From positions 186,001 to 250,000 of IMG/VR virus record IMGVR_UViG_3300037294_000266: a stretch of 64,000 bases of DNA; one strand, written 5' to 3'. This document shows, one piece after another, positions 8,726-19,400 of the stretch. The translations under genes and the position numbers were made by a program. Every line of letters starts with the position of its first letter. Position 1 is the stretch's first letter. The notes below the pieces were generated by a model. It saw only the letters and a program-made list of their open reading frames with translations. It made no database searches and had not been told where the DNA came from.

Positions 8726-10078
8726 TTAAGCGTCAATCAAACCAATCTGACGACACAGCCAGTGGTTGACATACTTGAACGTCGCCATCAGCGCTACTTC
8801 ACGCGGATCGGTATCGGAATCAAGTGTAGCACCCACGCGGTTCATCAGGCGGATGAAAGTAATCGCGTCAGTCTTCGGATAGAAGACCATGCAGACCACT
8901 TCAGTGACCAACTGGTTCAGGTTGTCGCAATTGTGCTGATTGATCTTGCTGACCATTTCGCGCAGGGTAGCACTGGCTTGAGCCGAAGCTTCGCCCAGGT
9001 CATCAGCCAAGATACAGTTCTGAACGATGAAGCCAATGGCCTCACGAACGATGCCTGCCATTTCAGCCTGTACCTTCAGTGCCCGAAGACCCATTTCACG
9101 AGAGTATGCTTGCTCGAGAGCAGCTTTGTTCTCAATCAATTGACCTTGGGTGAAACGACGGCCTGTCATTTCATTACCAATCAGGGCTTCTGGAGTCAGA
9201 CCAGCTTCCAGCATCTTGCGATATGCCTTGCCCATCACAACGATGGTGGTGATGCTGTTACGGCCATCGGCGCTGTACAGGGTGCCGAGCTTTTCGGATT
9301 CCTGATAACGAGTCAGTGCGCCACGGCACAAGTGCGCAGCACGACCGAGGATACGGTTCATGCGCTCGTTGTACTCAGCCAAGCTCATGTTAACGCCTGG
9401 TTCTGGTTCGTCGTACAATGCCTGACCAACTACCAACACACCCGGCAGATAATCGACATGAATCTCGTGGACAGCCTTAGTGCCGATCAATACAGACAGG
9501 ACTTCGGAATAGCCACGATCATTCTCGAGACTCAGGATGACGTCAAGCTCACCGTCAAAACCAGCCATACCAGTCTTGCACAGCTCTTTCAAGCGGTCAA
9601 GAGTGATTGGCGCCATGTCGCGCTGTTGCACGTCAATGTTGGAAGGTACTGGGTAGCGGTCGGCAATCTGCTTCAAAGTGACGTTGGTGTAAACCGCTGG
9701 CACTTCTTTCATGACGATTGAATACGGCAACACTGCTGCAATACGGCGAACGTTTACGTGTTCTTGTACGGCTGCGGCGATTTCCTTGATCTTAGGAAGA
9801 ACGTCAGAGCGTACGATCTCATGCAGACGGCAAACTGAAGCAGAGGCCAGTTTGATGATGTCTGCCTTAGCCAAGCGGTGCGCTTCGCTATTAGCACGAG
9901 TCTGCAATACACTGACCAGATCACAGTTCTCGCCCAGGTCGTTAGCAACCATGGTGGAATCAATGCTGAGCAACAGACTCATTAAAGGGGTGTTATCGTT
10001 CGGTAGGACGCGAAGAGCACGTTCGTCCAGTCGCTGGGCAACTGGCAGAGCTGCTTCAATGGAAGTGCGGTTAAGCAT
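8726..10078 (-). CDS. Virion structural protein (phiKZ gp177-like)
   Basis: 450-aa ORF in the conserved vRNAP-protease operon; by synteny. Confidence 0.6.
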   Translation of the reverse strand: MLNRTSIEAALPVAQRLDERALRVLPNDNTPLMSLLLSIDSTMVANDLGENCDLVSVLQTRANSEAHRLAKADIIKLASASVCRLHEIVRSDVLPKIKEIAAAVQEHVNVRRIAAVLPYSIVMKEVPAVYTNVTLKQIADRYPVPSNIDVQQRDMAPITLDRLKELCKTGMAGFDGELDVILSLENDRGYSEVLSVLIGTKAVHEIHVDYLPGVLVVGQALYDEPEPGVNMSLAEYNERMNRILGRAAHLCRGALTRYQESEKLGTLYSADGRNSITTIVVMGKAYRKMLEAGLTPEALIGNEMTGRRFTQGQLIENKAALEQAYSREMGLRALKVQAEMAGIVREAIGFIVQNCILADDLGEASAQASATLREMVSKINQHNCDNLNQLVTEVVCMVFYPKTDAITFIRLMNRVGATLDSDTDPREVALMATFKYVNHWLCRQIGLIDA

Positions 10079-10268
10079 TCTCGCGGCCCTCGATCACGTT
10101 ATTGAGTTCTGCAGCCGAGATGGCAGCAATGGTACGGTCATTCAAAGGAACCCCATCCAAATGGTTGGAGACCAGATTGCCCGATACGTTGGAGATGATC
10201 TCCACAGACAGATCAACAACGCAAGCGAGGATCGCCAGGTTGCCGAAGGTGGTAGCGTTGGTACTCAT
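10071..10268 (-). CDS. Small conserved hypothetical protein (65 aa)
   Basis: SD AGGAA, overlaps the next gene. Confidence 0.6.
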   Translation of the reverse strand: MSTNATTFGNLAILACVVDLSVEIISNVSGNLVSNHLDGVPLNDRTIAAISAAELNNVIEGRENA

Positions 10269-10339
10269 GGCAAGTTCCTGTAATTTTCAAAAACGCTGTA
10301 AAAGGAGTCAGGCAGTCTTTCGACCACCTGACTTCGACA

Positions 10340-13300
10340 CTACTTGGAATCGTCGGACATCCACATCTCAGCTGCCTTCTCGCCAATGGCAATCTGCACT
10401 GAAATACCCATGCCGATCAACAAGGCCGACAGTACGATACGGTCCATTACAGACTTAGCACCGAAGATGGCATTGATCTTCTGACCGGATGCAGTTTCAT
10501 TGACACCGTCAAGACGATGACCGATTACTGTTTTCATCTGGTTGCAGAACACTGCCTTATCCCCAACGCCCATACCTTCCCGGTGGGTGATGTAGACTTT
10601 GATAGCGACATGGTCAAGTTCAAGGCCACTCCCGTCAATACGAAGGGACTGATCGACTTGCCCGGTGATGGGTTGCACGCCTAGACGTTTGGCCATCTTA
10701 CGACGACTTTTATCATGAGCGGTTACCAACTCAAGCAGTGAGTCAGACATGTCATCTGGGTCACCGTGGTAGAAGACCTCGATCTTAGAGATCTCACCTA
10801 CCGCACCAGCTTGAGGTGTGTCAGAGCCCATCAGGCGAAGCGTGTCGAGATCATCTTCAGAGAAGAGACCAGCTTCCGCTGTTACGGCGTCTTCAATTGT
10901 GCATAAAATACTGGTGATGTCTGTGTGGTCACCTACTTTCACCAGCTTCCGCAGGGTCTGGTCGAACCGTACTACAATGGTTTTTACCTTAGTTACTTCA
11001 GAGCCGAGTTGGCGTGCCAACCAGTCGTCGATAGCCGAGGAGTCTTCCAAAGTGTACGATGCTTCCATGAGTGCAGTGCGTGCAATCACACCTGCTTTCC
11101 ATTGCACTTGACCGGGGTGAAACTTACTCGGCTTGAAGAAGCCTGAGTTATATTTCAAGATGTCACCTTTCTTAACCTGGTCACCGAGTTTGAATTCGGT
11201 GGCTTGGTGTTGAGGGTAGACAGACCCAGCCGAGATACCGTATTGCGTTTCTAGATCGACATGTTCGAACGTCCCATCAGTGTTAGCGATCACCATGTGG
11301 GATTCTGTCAGTTCGACCACCTCACCATCTTTAGCAGCGGGAGCAGCAAAGATATCGTCGGTGCGATGAGCCAGAACGTGATCATAACCCGTTGAGATTG
11401 GCGATTCACGATATCCTTCAGCCGCGATTACGTGCGACTGCTGAATGCCAATGAAGTTCACCCGCTTAGGGTCATCTCGGTCAGCGAAAGGACTGATCAA
11501 TGCTGACGTAGATACTAGACTGCTTGCGCCGTCCTTCTCTTTATCGAATGCACGAACAGTACCACGTACGCTGGTGATGTTGGCATTGGGGGACATGTAC
11601 GTGATTACAGCCACGTCGCCCGAGTCCACCGTACTTTCCGAAATGAAACCGATGTCGCTGTCTTTATATAGACGAGATTCGGCAGTCATTGACCGCCCAC
11701 TACGGCCACCGCGACCACCGTAAGTAATGATCTCTTTCTGCTTCAAGTTCTGAATCGGATTGATGTCATCCACAATGGCCGAAGCCGGATCCTGAACGAT
11801 GTTCGTCCAGACGTCGTGTGGATTCATGCTCACTTGTGAGTTGTTAGACGCACTGCGTGAGTTATAGACCCGGATGGAACGAATCAGTTCGCCGTAGATA
11901 GCACCTGGGATACGCTCGTACCCTTTAGCGCGTTCTTGGCCCTCGATGAGACCTTCGGCATTTTCTACCCGTTGTGGTACGTAACGTGTTATAAGTAACT
12001 CACACGCCCGCATCAGTAACGGGACGAACTCAGTCGGTTCTTTCATCCACTCGAGAACGCCTTTGGTGATTGGATCCACCCACATGGCATTCATCAAATC
12101 CAATTCACGTAAGTAACGCAGACCAACACCATTGGCATCGAGGATAGTGAAGTACACATCCTTTTTGTTATAGCTGTGGCGGCTGTAGTTACGCACGTGT
12201 TTGTGATAATGAACAAATCCACCGAAGATAAGACTACTCAGGACATCGGACTTTTCCATCACCAATGTTTCATCGAGAAACTTGATAGCGTATTCGTCAT
12301 CAGCCATTTGCAGACGGGTGCCGACTGGCACAATTCGGTAGCGCGCTTTTGTTAATTGCAGGAGCTTGTCGAGACCAAGAAGATAAGCAAGCGCCATACC
12401 AACCGGCATGATCTTGCCAAAGATACTGATCTCAGCCATGTTGATCGGTGACTTGTCTTTCTGTAAACCCAGGATGTCTTCGATCTGACCGAGTTCACTC
12501 ACTCCGCCGTCGACACCATCCAACAGATAAAACATGTTATTACGATCGACAGCGATGTAACGCTTATCACGACGACCACAGATCACCCAGCCCTTATGAC
12601 GCTGTTCTAATTTAGCAACATGCTCCATGTCGAACAGTCGAGACCGTTCACGGTTCTTATGGTCAAACCAATAATGACCATTGGATTCGAACGCCATTAC
12701 CCGACTACCGATGATCGTGTAGATAGTCGGGACGTCGAGTGTAAAGTCAGCCACATCAGCAATCTTTACATTACTGATAATGGTGTCTGCTGGATCCTGG
12801 CCTTTAGCTACAATCTGCTTCCCAATCCAACCGTCGTAGTTGAACACCGCTCGTTGCGAACGATCTACGAAGAGCTTACTGTAGTAAGAGGTCAGTGCCA
12901 CACGAGAGTGGTTCACTTTACGGATGGGAATGTCGGCCTTCTGAGTACGCATGCGATAACGCTGACCGTTAGAGGTATAGACTCCTCGCTTATCAACCAC
13001 AGGTACGCGGAAACTGATCGTTGAAGGTTTACCAGTTACAGGCGTCAACTGAATCCGGTGGACTTCGTAATTGCTCACGGCATCCTTTACAGTTTCAATG
13101 TCATAGCCCGTTACAGCAATGCCTGCTTTCTGAATCGACATGACCGCATTGAGGACGTCTTTCTTCATCACCTTTTCAATGTACTGACTGTCCATCTTCT
13201 CGACGGTACTCATCAGCATTGAGACGTCACGGACAGAATCCATTGGCGGATAACTATCCGCTTCAGAGATGATCATGTCCTCGTCAGTTATCTTGAGAGA

Positions 13301-14731
13301 TTCGCCAACTGTGACTGTCTTGTCCCATGGGTTATTCATGGTGGTGTACGATTCGGACAGGCGCAGCATGCGACGGTACTGGGCAGCAGTGACCAGGTCT
13401 TTATCAACCAGCTCATCGAGCTTCGCCTGAATTGAACTTGTCAGGGTATGTTCGGTGTTGCTATTGCCTACCGCCTGAACAGCTGATTCGGCTGGTTCTT
13501 TCTGACCGGTTTCAATGATTAGTTCACCGTCTTCATCGGTCATGATGGTGTCGTCAGTGTTTTCAGCAGGAGCATCCAATACAGCAGACAGCTCCTCTTC
13601 TTCCTCGACTAACATTTCATCTGCGCCTGTGGCCGATAAAACAGCATCGTCCTGATCTCGATCGGCTTCAGCAGTCTGTTCGTCAATCTCGTCCTGAGCG
13701 ATGTTAGCGTCGGAGATGATCTCTTCTTCTACACCAGCGATGACACTGGTCTGATCAATTACGCGAGACAGCATACGTAAGAAGCGCAATTGAATGATCT
13801 TAGGATCAAGACCGGGCGCTGCTTCCATGGATGGGTACATGTCTTCATCAAGCGTATTATCGCCTGCGTCTTCCATGGATACGAAACGAGCGTACTCGCT
13901 GTCGAAATCAAAAGGCACTTCAGGATCGGTCAGAGCCAACGACTCCATCGATACGCCAGCATCTTCTTTACGCCAGCTATTTAACAGACCTAGGTTGATA
14001 GTGACAATACCAGACTCGCGCCGGATGAGCAGATCGATTTCACTCAGACGTGATTCATCCAGTCGACCCATTGGGCAACTGCGACGGTTCTCACCCAGCC
14101 AGATCCAGATATCCAATAGATCTAAACGTTCGCGAGAGTTGAACGTCTTCATCAACATCGGTGTCATGCCCCGCTCAGCCTTACGAAGATCACTCAACGC
14201 AGGTAAGGTATTGGGAATGTCGAGAACGATGATGTGGTGACGCTCGTGCTGCGTCTGGAGCTGATTAAACCGCTCCCACTGAGTGGTGCGAAGGTTCTTC
14301 CAGTTCCACCAACGACTCAAAGCAGAGCGCTGGTATTTGTACATGTGCCCAACCATTGAGTAGTTGACAATGATCATGTTCAGCAACTCTTTCGCTGACA
14401 TGTCATAATCACGCATTGGACGGACAAGCATATTCTCACGACGATATTCCTGCATCATCGGCGCAAGTAGGCGGAATGTAGAACGCGGATTACCTTCTTT
14501 AGAAAGCAAGTCAGGAACGTGATCAATGAAGATCAGTCGCTGGGCGTTCTGGATCACAGGGCTATTGGCAGCAGGCCCGAGTTCAGTTTCATTTGCCGGG
14601 AAGTAATGGTACACAGTACCACGTGGCAGACCGAACCGCGCAATCGGTCTTACCTTAGGGGCATCTAAGCCCCCAAGACGGCGAATGCCGAACAACTTCT
14701 CGAAGCGTTCGTGCATGAACATTACAGACAT
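10340..14731 (-). CDS. Virion RNA polymerase beta subunit, N-terminal part (phiKZ gp178-like)
   Basis: RpoB-like motifs SPFADRDDPKRVNFIGIQQSH, YTLEDS, GDKAVFCNQMKTVI; start moved to 14731 (SD GGAGA); the ORF track extends to 14764. Confidence 0.92.
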   Translation of the reverse strand: MSVMFMHERFEKLFGIRRLGGLDAPKVRPIARFGLPRGTVYHYFPANETELGPAANSPVIQNAQRLIFIDHVPDLLSKEGNPRSTFRLLAPMMQEYRRENMLVRPMRDYDMSAKELLNMIIVNYSMVGHMYKYQRSALSRWWNWKNLRTTQWERFNQLQTQHERHHIIVLDIPNTLPALSDLRKAERGMTPMLMKTFNSRERLDLLDIWIWLGENRRSCPMGRLDESRLSEIDLLIRRESGIVTINLGLLNSWRKEDAGVSMESLALTDPEVPFDFDSEYARFVSMEDAGDNTLDEDMYPSMEAAPGLDPKIIQLRFLRMLSRVIDQTSVIAGVEEEIISDANIAQDEIDEQTAEADRDQDDAVLSATGADEMLVEEEEELSAVLDAPAENTDDTIMTDEDGELIIETGQKEPAESAVQAVGNSNTEHTLTSSIQAKLDELVDKDLVTAAQYRRMLRLSESYTTMNNPWDKTVTVGESLKITDEDMIISEADSYPPMDSVRDVSMLMSTVEKMDSQYIEKVMKKDVLNAVMSIQKAGIAVTGYDIETVKDAVSNYEVHRIQLTPVTGKPSTISFRVPVVDKRGVYTSNGQRYRMRTQKADIPIRKVNHSRVALTSYYSKLFVDRSQRAVFNYDGWIGKQIVAKGQDPADTIISNVKIADVADFTLDVPTIYTIIGSRVMAFESNGHYWFDHKNRERSRLFDMEHVAKLEQRHKGWVICGRRDKRYIAVDRNNMFYLLDGVDGGVSELGQIEDILGLQKDKSPINMAEISIFGKIMPVGMALAYLLGLDKLLQLTKARYRIVPVGTRLQMADDEYAIKFLDETLVMEKSDVLSSLIFGGFVHYHKHVRNYSRHSYNKKDVYFTILDANGVGLRYLRELDLMNAMWVDPITKGVLEWMKEPTEFVPLLMRACELLITRYVPQRVENAEGLIEGQERAKGYERIPGAIYGELIRSIRVYNSRSASNNSQVSMNPHDVWTNIVQDPASAIVDDINPIQNLKQKEIITYGGRGGRSGRSMTAESRLYKDSDIGFISESTVDSGDVAVITYMSPNANITSVRGTVRAFDKEKDGASSLVSTSALISPFADRDDPKRVNFIGIQQSHVIAAEGYRESPISTGYDHVLAHRTDDIFAAPAAKDGEVVELTESHMVIANTDGTFEHVDLETQYGISAGSVYPQHQATEFKLGDQVKKGDILKYNSGFFKPSKFHPGQVQWKAGVIARTALMEASYTLEDSSAIDDWLARQLGSEVTKVKTIVVRFDQTLRKLVKVGDHTDITSILCTIEDAVTAEAGLFSEDDLDTLRLMGSDTPQAGAVGEISKIEVFYHGDPDDMSDSLLELVTAHDKSRRKMAKRLGVQPITGQVDQSLRIDGSGLELDHVAIKVYITHREGMGVGDKAVFCNQMKTVIGHRLDGVNETASGQKINAIFGAKSVMDRIVLSALLIGMGISVQIAIGEKAAEMWMSDDSK

Positions 14732-14744
14732 GTGAGCATCTCCA

Positions 14745-16412
14745 TCAAATCGGTTCCATGTCAACCGGATGTTTGTTCTGGTTGTGTTTGAAACGACCTG
14801 TCATATTGGCAACGACATATTTAAGAGTGTCGTAGTCGTACGAGGATGTCAAGTTACCACCCGCATCAATCCAATGCTGACGAGAGTTCAAGACACGATC
14901 GTTTTCAGCCAAAGCTTCGTTAGACATGACTAATGTAGCGGAGCCCGTGTCACCGTCAAAGTCAGCGCTCAAACCAACCAGCTTGGTTGAATGAGGGGAC
15001 TGTGTGTCCATATAAGAAGTCGATCCCGTCATTGGAAACTCTTGGGCGACGTATTCAGGACCTTCCTGAGGATTCCAGTCATCGCCAAGTTCAACTCGAC
15101 GTTCGCCCACGACTGTTGTTTTCACGTATATCCGACTAGGGTAGTTAGACCCGAGTCCTGTAATCGGATAACGACAGATCTGAGCAAAGTACTTGTTCCA
15201 ATGCTGATAACCGCAGAGGTAAAGTAACTCTACCAGATTGATAGGGTGCACGTGTGAGCGATCAAGGTCTGCCGGCATTTCATGGATGTCGAAGAAAACC
15301 TTAAAGGTCTTGTTTGGACCTTTATAAATCAACGCCAGGTAGTTGCCTTCAATAACGATTGGACGTGCACGCATTTCGACCGTCTGATACCGATCAATGA
15401 CGGAGAGCAATCCATCCTTAGTAGACCATGTATCACGAACCTCAGGCGAAAGCACTACCCACTTTGGACGTAGGGTTTCAGGATCGATCAACTGCGCCTG
15501 CCCTTCACCGTTCTGGACAAGATGTCCAAACATCCGACGCAGGTGGTGAATTGTGAGCGGTGTAAGGCCTTTGATCACTTGGAACAGGCCCAACGTAGTG
15601 CTGTCGAACCCAGGAGCATTCGAATCGTTCAGGTTAGCAATGGAAGTGTCCATCACAGTCAGTACGTTTCGAGTGCCGTAGACCACACGACGCGAAGCCC
15701 ACTTGTCAAGAATGAAACCGTTCTTACCCGCCAACATCCCTTCGATCAACTCGTAAATTTCCACGAGTGTATTGGTCAGGGCGTTACGTGCAATGTTGAA
15801 TGCTGGGGATTCCATGTCACGGGTAATTGGAATCGTGTTGGCAATCGACAGCATCCGGTAATAGAGGTCGTGGATCTCGTTCTTGGTAGCTACGCCGTTG
15901 TCACTGATTTCAATGTCTCGAACGCCAGCAGGCAGGACAGGTACAAATGTAGTCAACGCATCTTTACGCCATTGGTTAATGAACTCAATGCGCAATTGGC
16001 GAGTGGGCGATTTGCTCTTCTTGAGTTCCAATTCTTGGAAGTGCTTCACGAAGAAACTATAACCTGTCTCAGCCTTCTCTGATACGTCTGCAACAAAGTC
16101 CTTAGACACCGGATCGAATATAGCCGTAGCACGCCCTGTGACAATTTCTTTATATAGCGACTTCAAAGACATTAAGTCACGGAATATCTTTGGATGGAAA
16201 ATCTTAACCTTCAAATCCAAGTAAGAGAACTGAGTGTCACGTTGATCAGAACCCACACGACCGAAGATCGTAGTTGAATAAAGACCATCGTCGTGGAACT
16301 CACTACTCGCCCCGTCATAAATGTCGAGACTGGTAACAGGTACAAGGTTCCTGACCCGTTCTTTGGTCAGCACCATCGGCCATACTTTGGCTGGTACTTC
16401 AGCGTAGTTCAT
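14745..16412 (-). CDS. Virion RNA polymerase beta' subunit carrying the catalytic motif (phiKZ gp180-like)
   Basis: ADFDGD Mg-binding motif; DGLYSTTIFG, PVLPAGVR and CRYP match RpoC conserved blocks. Confidence 0.93.
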   Translation of the reverse strand: MNYAEVPAKVWPMVLTKERVRNLVPVTSLDIYDGASSEFHDDGLYSTTIFGRVGSDQRDTQFSYLDLKVKIFHPKIFRDLMSLKSLYKEIVTGRATAIFDPVSKDFVADVSEKAETGYSFFVKHFQELELKKSKSPTRQLRIEFINQWRKDALTTFVPVLPAGVRDIEISDNGVATKNEIHDLYYRMLSIANTIPITRDMESPAFNIARNALTNTLVEIYELIEGMLAGKNGFILDKWASRRVVYGTRNVLTVMDTSIANLNDSNAPGFDSTTLGLFQVIKGLTPLTIHHLRRMFGHLVQNGEGQAQLIDPETLRPKWVVLSPEVRDTWSTKDGLLSVIDRYQTVEMRARPIVIEGNYLALIYKGPNKTFKVFFDIHEMPADLDRSHVHPINLVELLYLCGYQHWNKYFAQICRYPITGLGSNYPSRIYVKTTVVGERRVELGDDWNPQEGPEYVAQEFPMTGSTSYMDTQSPHSTKLVGLSADFDGDTGSATLVMSNEALAENDRVLNSRQHWIDAGGNLTSSYDYDTLKYVVANMTGRFKHNQNKHPVDMEPI

Positions 16413-16497
16413 AACAGAGTCCTGTGATTTCCATAGGCCGATTAAGACAGTTGGTATGAGGGAGGCTTAGTATTTTAAGCCCATAGGAGAATTTTCG

Positions 16498-19400
16498 ATG
16501 GCTAAGAAAGGTGACATCGATCTCGACCAGATTAATCTCGATGACTTTGACTTCGACATCCCGGAATTTCAGGATGACAGCCCAGTCAGCGACAAATCGA
16601 GATCACCTGCTGGTCGAGTGACTACAGGCATTATTAAAGGTGCTAAAGACGAGGTTGCCAGTTTAGCAGGAATGCGCAAAGCATTGATGTTTGCTTTGCC
16701 TTCTGGCTATGGCCTCGCTGCAGACACTATCGAAGATGTGAGTTCCGATGTACGATCACTATACGATAAGATCACTGGGGAGCAACCAGATCTTATTCGC
16801 GGTGGTAAAAGCTTTGGCCGAAAGGCTATGGCGACCATCGGCAATCGTGCATTACCTAAGAAGTTAGCCGATCGTCTTAACAACGCATTTGAGAAAGATG
16901 ACGACTATAAAGTCAAGTCGAGTGCGGATTATAAACGTGAGCAGGAAGAGAGCGATCTCGCCGGCCTAGCTGAAATCTTCAAAGCTAAAGGCTCCGTTGA
17001 TGAAGAACGGGCAAAACAAGATAGTGTAAACCGCCTCGAAGACCGTGCATTAGAACAGGTTCGTTTCAAGACCAACGTTCAAGCCCTGACCTCTATCAAC
17101 AAGAGCATGGCACGTCTTGTTGGTTATCAGGACAAGGTTACAGCACGTTATCAGCAGAAGATGTTGGAACTGACGTATCGGCATTATGCCACGACGCGTC
17201 AGATGAACGACATGATGACGGAGAGCATGTCGAAACATTCTCAGATCCTTGAGAAGATCCGACATAACACCGCGCTACCGGAAGCCGTTAAGATCCGTGG
17301 CAGTGAGATGTTCAAACAGATGGCTCATCAACGTCTGATGGGTTCTGGTCTCAATACCGTTTCTAACTTCACACAGAACTATGGCAAGCAAGTCATTGGC
17401 AATGTGTCAGGTATGATTCAGGGCATTATAGACCCTCTGCGTGATGCATCACAAGCCACCGACATGGAAGGCATTGACCGTGTCAACCTAGGCGGTCAAG
17501 CAGTAGGCTCGGCTATCGGATCCGGGATCCGGGATTATGCCGCTATCCACGCAGCGCCGTTCCTCGCTAGAAATAAAACCATTGCTCGTGGTGGTGAGAA
17601 ACTTCGTAATGCATTCACCGGTCTTCCTCAGCGGGTGAATGAATACGCACAGTCTGAAACAGAAGGGACTGGGTTCCGTTCTACCATGACGCAGATGTTC
17701 AAGCAGTTCTTGCCGAAGTATCAGCAGGACAACTCTACTGGCGTTAAAGCAGTCAGTAAGCTTGATGAAATTGCAACCTTTGATAGCATCGCTCGACGTT
17801 CACTGATTGAGATCATTCCAGGCTACCTCTCTGAGATTGCACACTGGTCTAAGATTGCAGTCACTGGCGAGAAGAATGCTGAGAAGCAGGTCTACAACGT
17901 TACTCGAGGCGGGTTTACTTCCGAGAAGGAAAACCTCAGTGACGTAGGTCGTCAAATCTTTACTCGTTCTGAACGTGAATCGCTGCGCAGTGCTGCTGAA
18001 GACTTCCTCAAGGAGATTGGTGGCGACACCATGTCCGGAAGAGCCCAGCGTGCCTTAAAGCAGAAGATCCTCGACGAACTCGCAAACGGTCTCGACCTGG
18101 TTCCTTCACGTCTAATCAAACGTGAGCAATATGTTAATGTTCCTGAACCGGTTGTTGATGAGATTGTATCGCTGATTGGCGACACATTCAATATCGATGA
18201 AGACGGTCGATCAATGGATGACAGCACGGGCGCTAAAGAACGTTTCAACGGTATCCGTGAGAAGTTCCTCAACATGAGCAGTATGATCCCGGCTATCGGC
18301 GATCGTATTCGTATCTTTAGCGATGTTCTCGGTTTGGATTCGATGCGTAAACTCGGCTACGTCGAGCGCAATGCTAAATCCCGCCAGGACAACATCAATA
18401 CAAACCGGGCATGGAGCGATATTCTCGATGAGGATGACGAAGACAGCGCTAAGCGAGATGAGGAAGGTCGGAAGGATGCTTCTGATAAGTCTACTCGGGC
18501 TGGGCGTCGTGGTAATAAGCGCGGCAAAGGTGATGGTGATCTTACCCGTCGTGCTGATCGAGCTGACCATATGGCTAGTAACCGGGTGGCGGAAACAAGC
18601 CGACTCGGAGGACTCGAAAAATACCTAGGTGACAAGAGTACACTCATCACATTGGTACGCGAGTCTCGCGACTTCCATTCCGAAACAGTTGAGCTTCTTA
18701 AACAACTTACCAATTGCAGTTGCGATGGAGTGGGTGGTTCGAAGTCTGACATGGATTGGAAGAGCGCTAGCAAAGAAAGTCTTGTTAATCGTTTTGCCGG
18801 TGCCACCGAAGCCATTAATAAGCACGCCAAGAAATCCAGTGACAAACTCGGTCAGTTTAAAGCAACGGCTCAGGACATCTGGATACAAGGTGACGATCAT
18901 CCTGCGCTAGAAGAATGGCGGATGAAAGCTGGTCAGTACCGTGATAAAACTACCGGTGCTACTATCAAGAAGTGGGACGACATCAAAGGCGATGTGGTCG
19001 ATGTCCGCAACAAGACAGTGGCACGCTATAACGACTTGATGGAAAATGCTGTCGTTGTAAACGGTAAAGGTAACGTCGTCAAGAAGGCCAGTGAGTTATT
19101 CACTCGCTTCAAGATGTCTCAAGCTGGTGCTGCAACTCAAGCGGCCGCTACTCACGTCAGTGCTAAAGGGGCGGAACTGTCAAGCTTTGCCAGTAAGGAA
19201 GGCCGTAAGTTCAAGCCACGTGTCAAGAAGATGATGAAGTTCTTTACCGGTGAGAAAGCTGGTGCTGACATTTCGTCTGAACTGACAGGCAACCATGAAG
19301 ATGACATGCTGACCATTGCACTCAGGTCGGCGCAGCTTCAATACCAGACGCTCAAGGAAGTCACTCAGGAGAAAGTCCGTAAGGGTTCTTACAAGGACCT

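Noticed and set aside
8762-9721. 319-aa + strand ORF and similar long antisense ORFs (e.g. 6609-7229, 9711-10283, 34442-35110, 15522-16082)
   Set aside because: They overlap well-supported genes on the opposite strand and have no motifs; typical antisense shadows.
10340-16412. Introns, inteins or a homing endonuclease in the vRNAP genes
   Set aside because: Both ORFs are continuous and 13 bp apart; no HNH, LAGLIDADG or intein motifs were seen.
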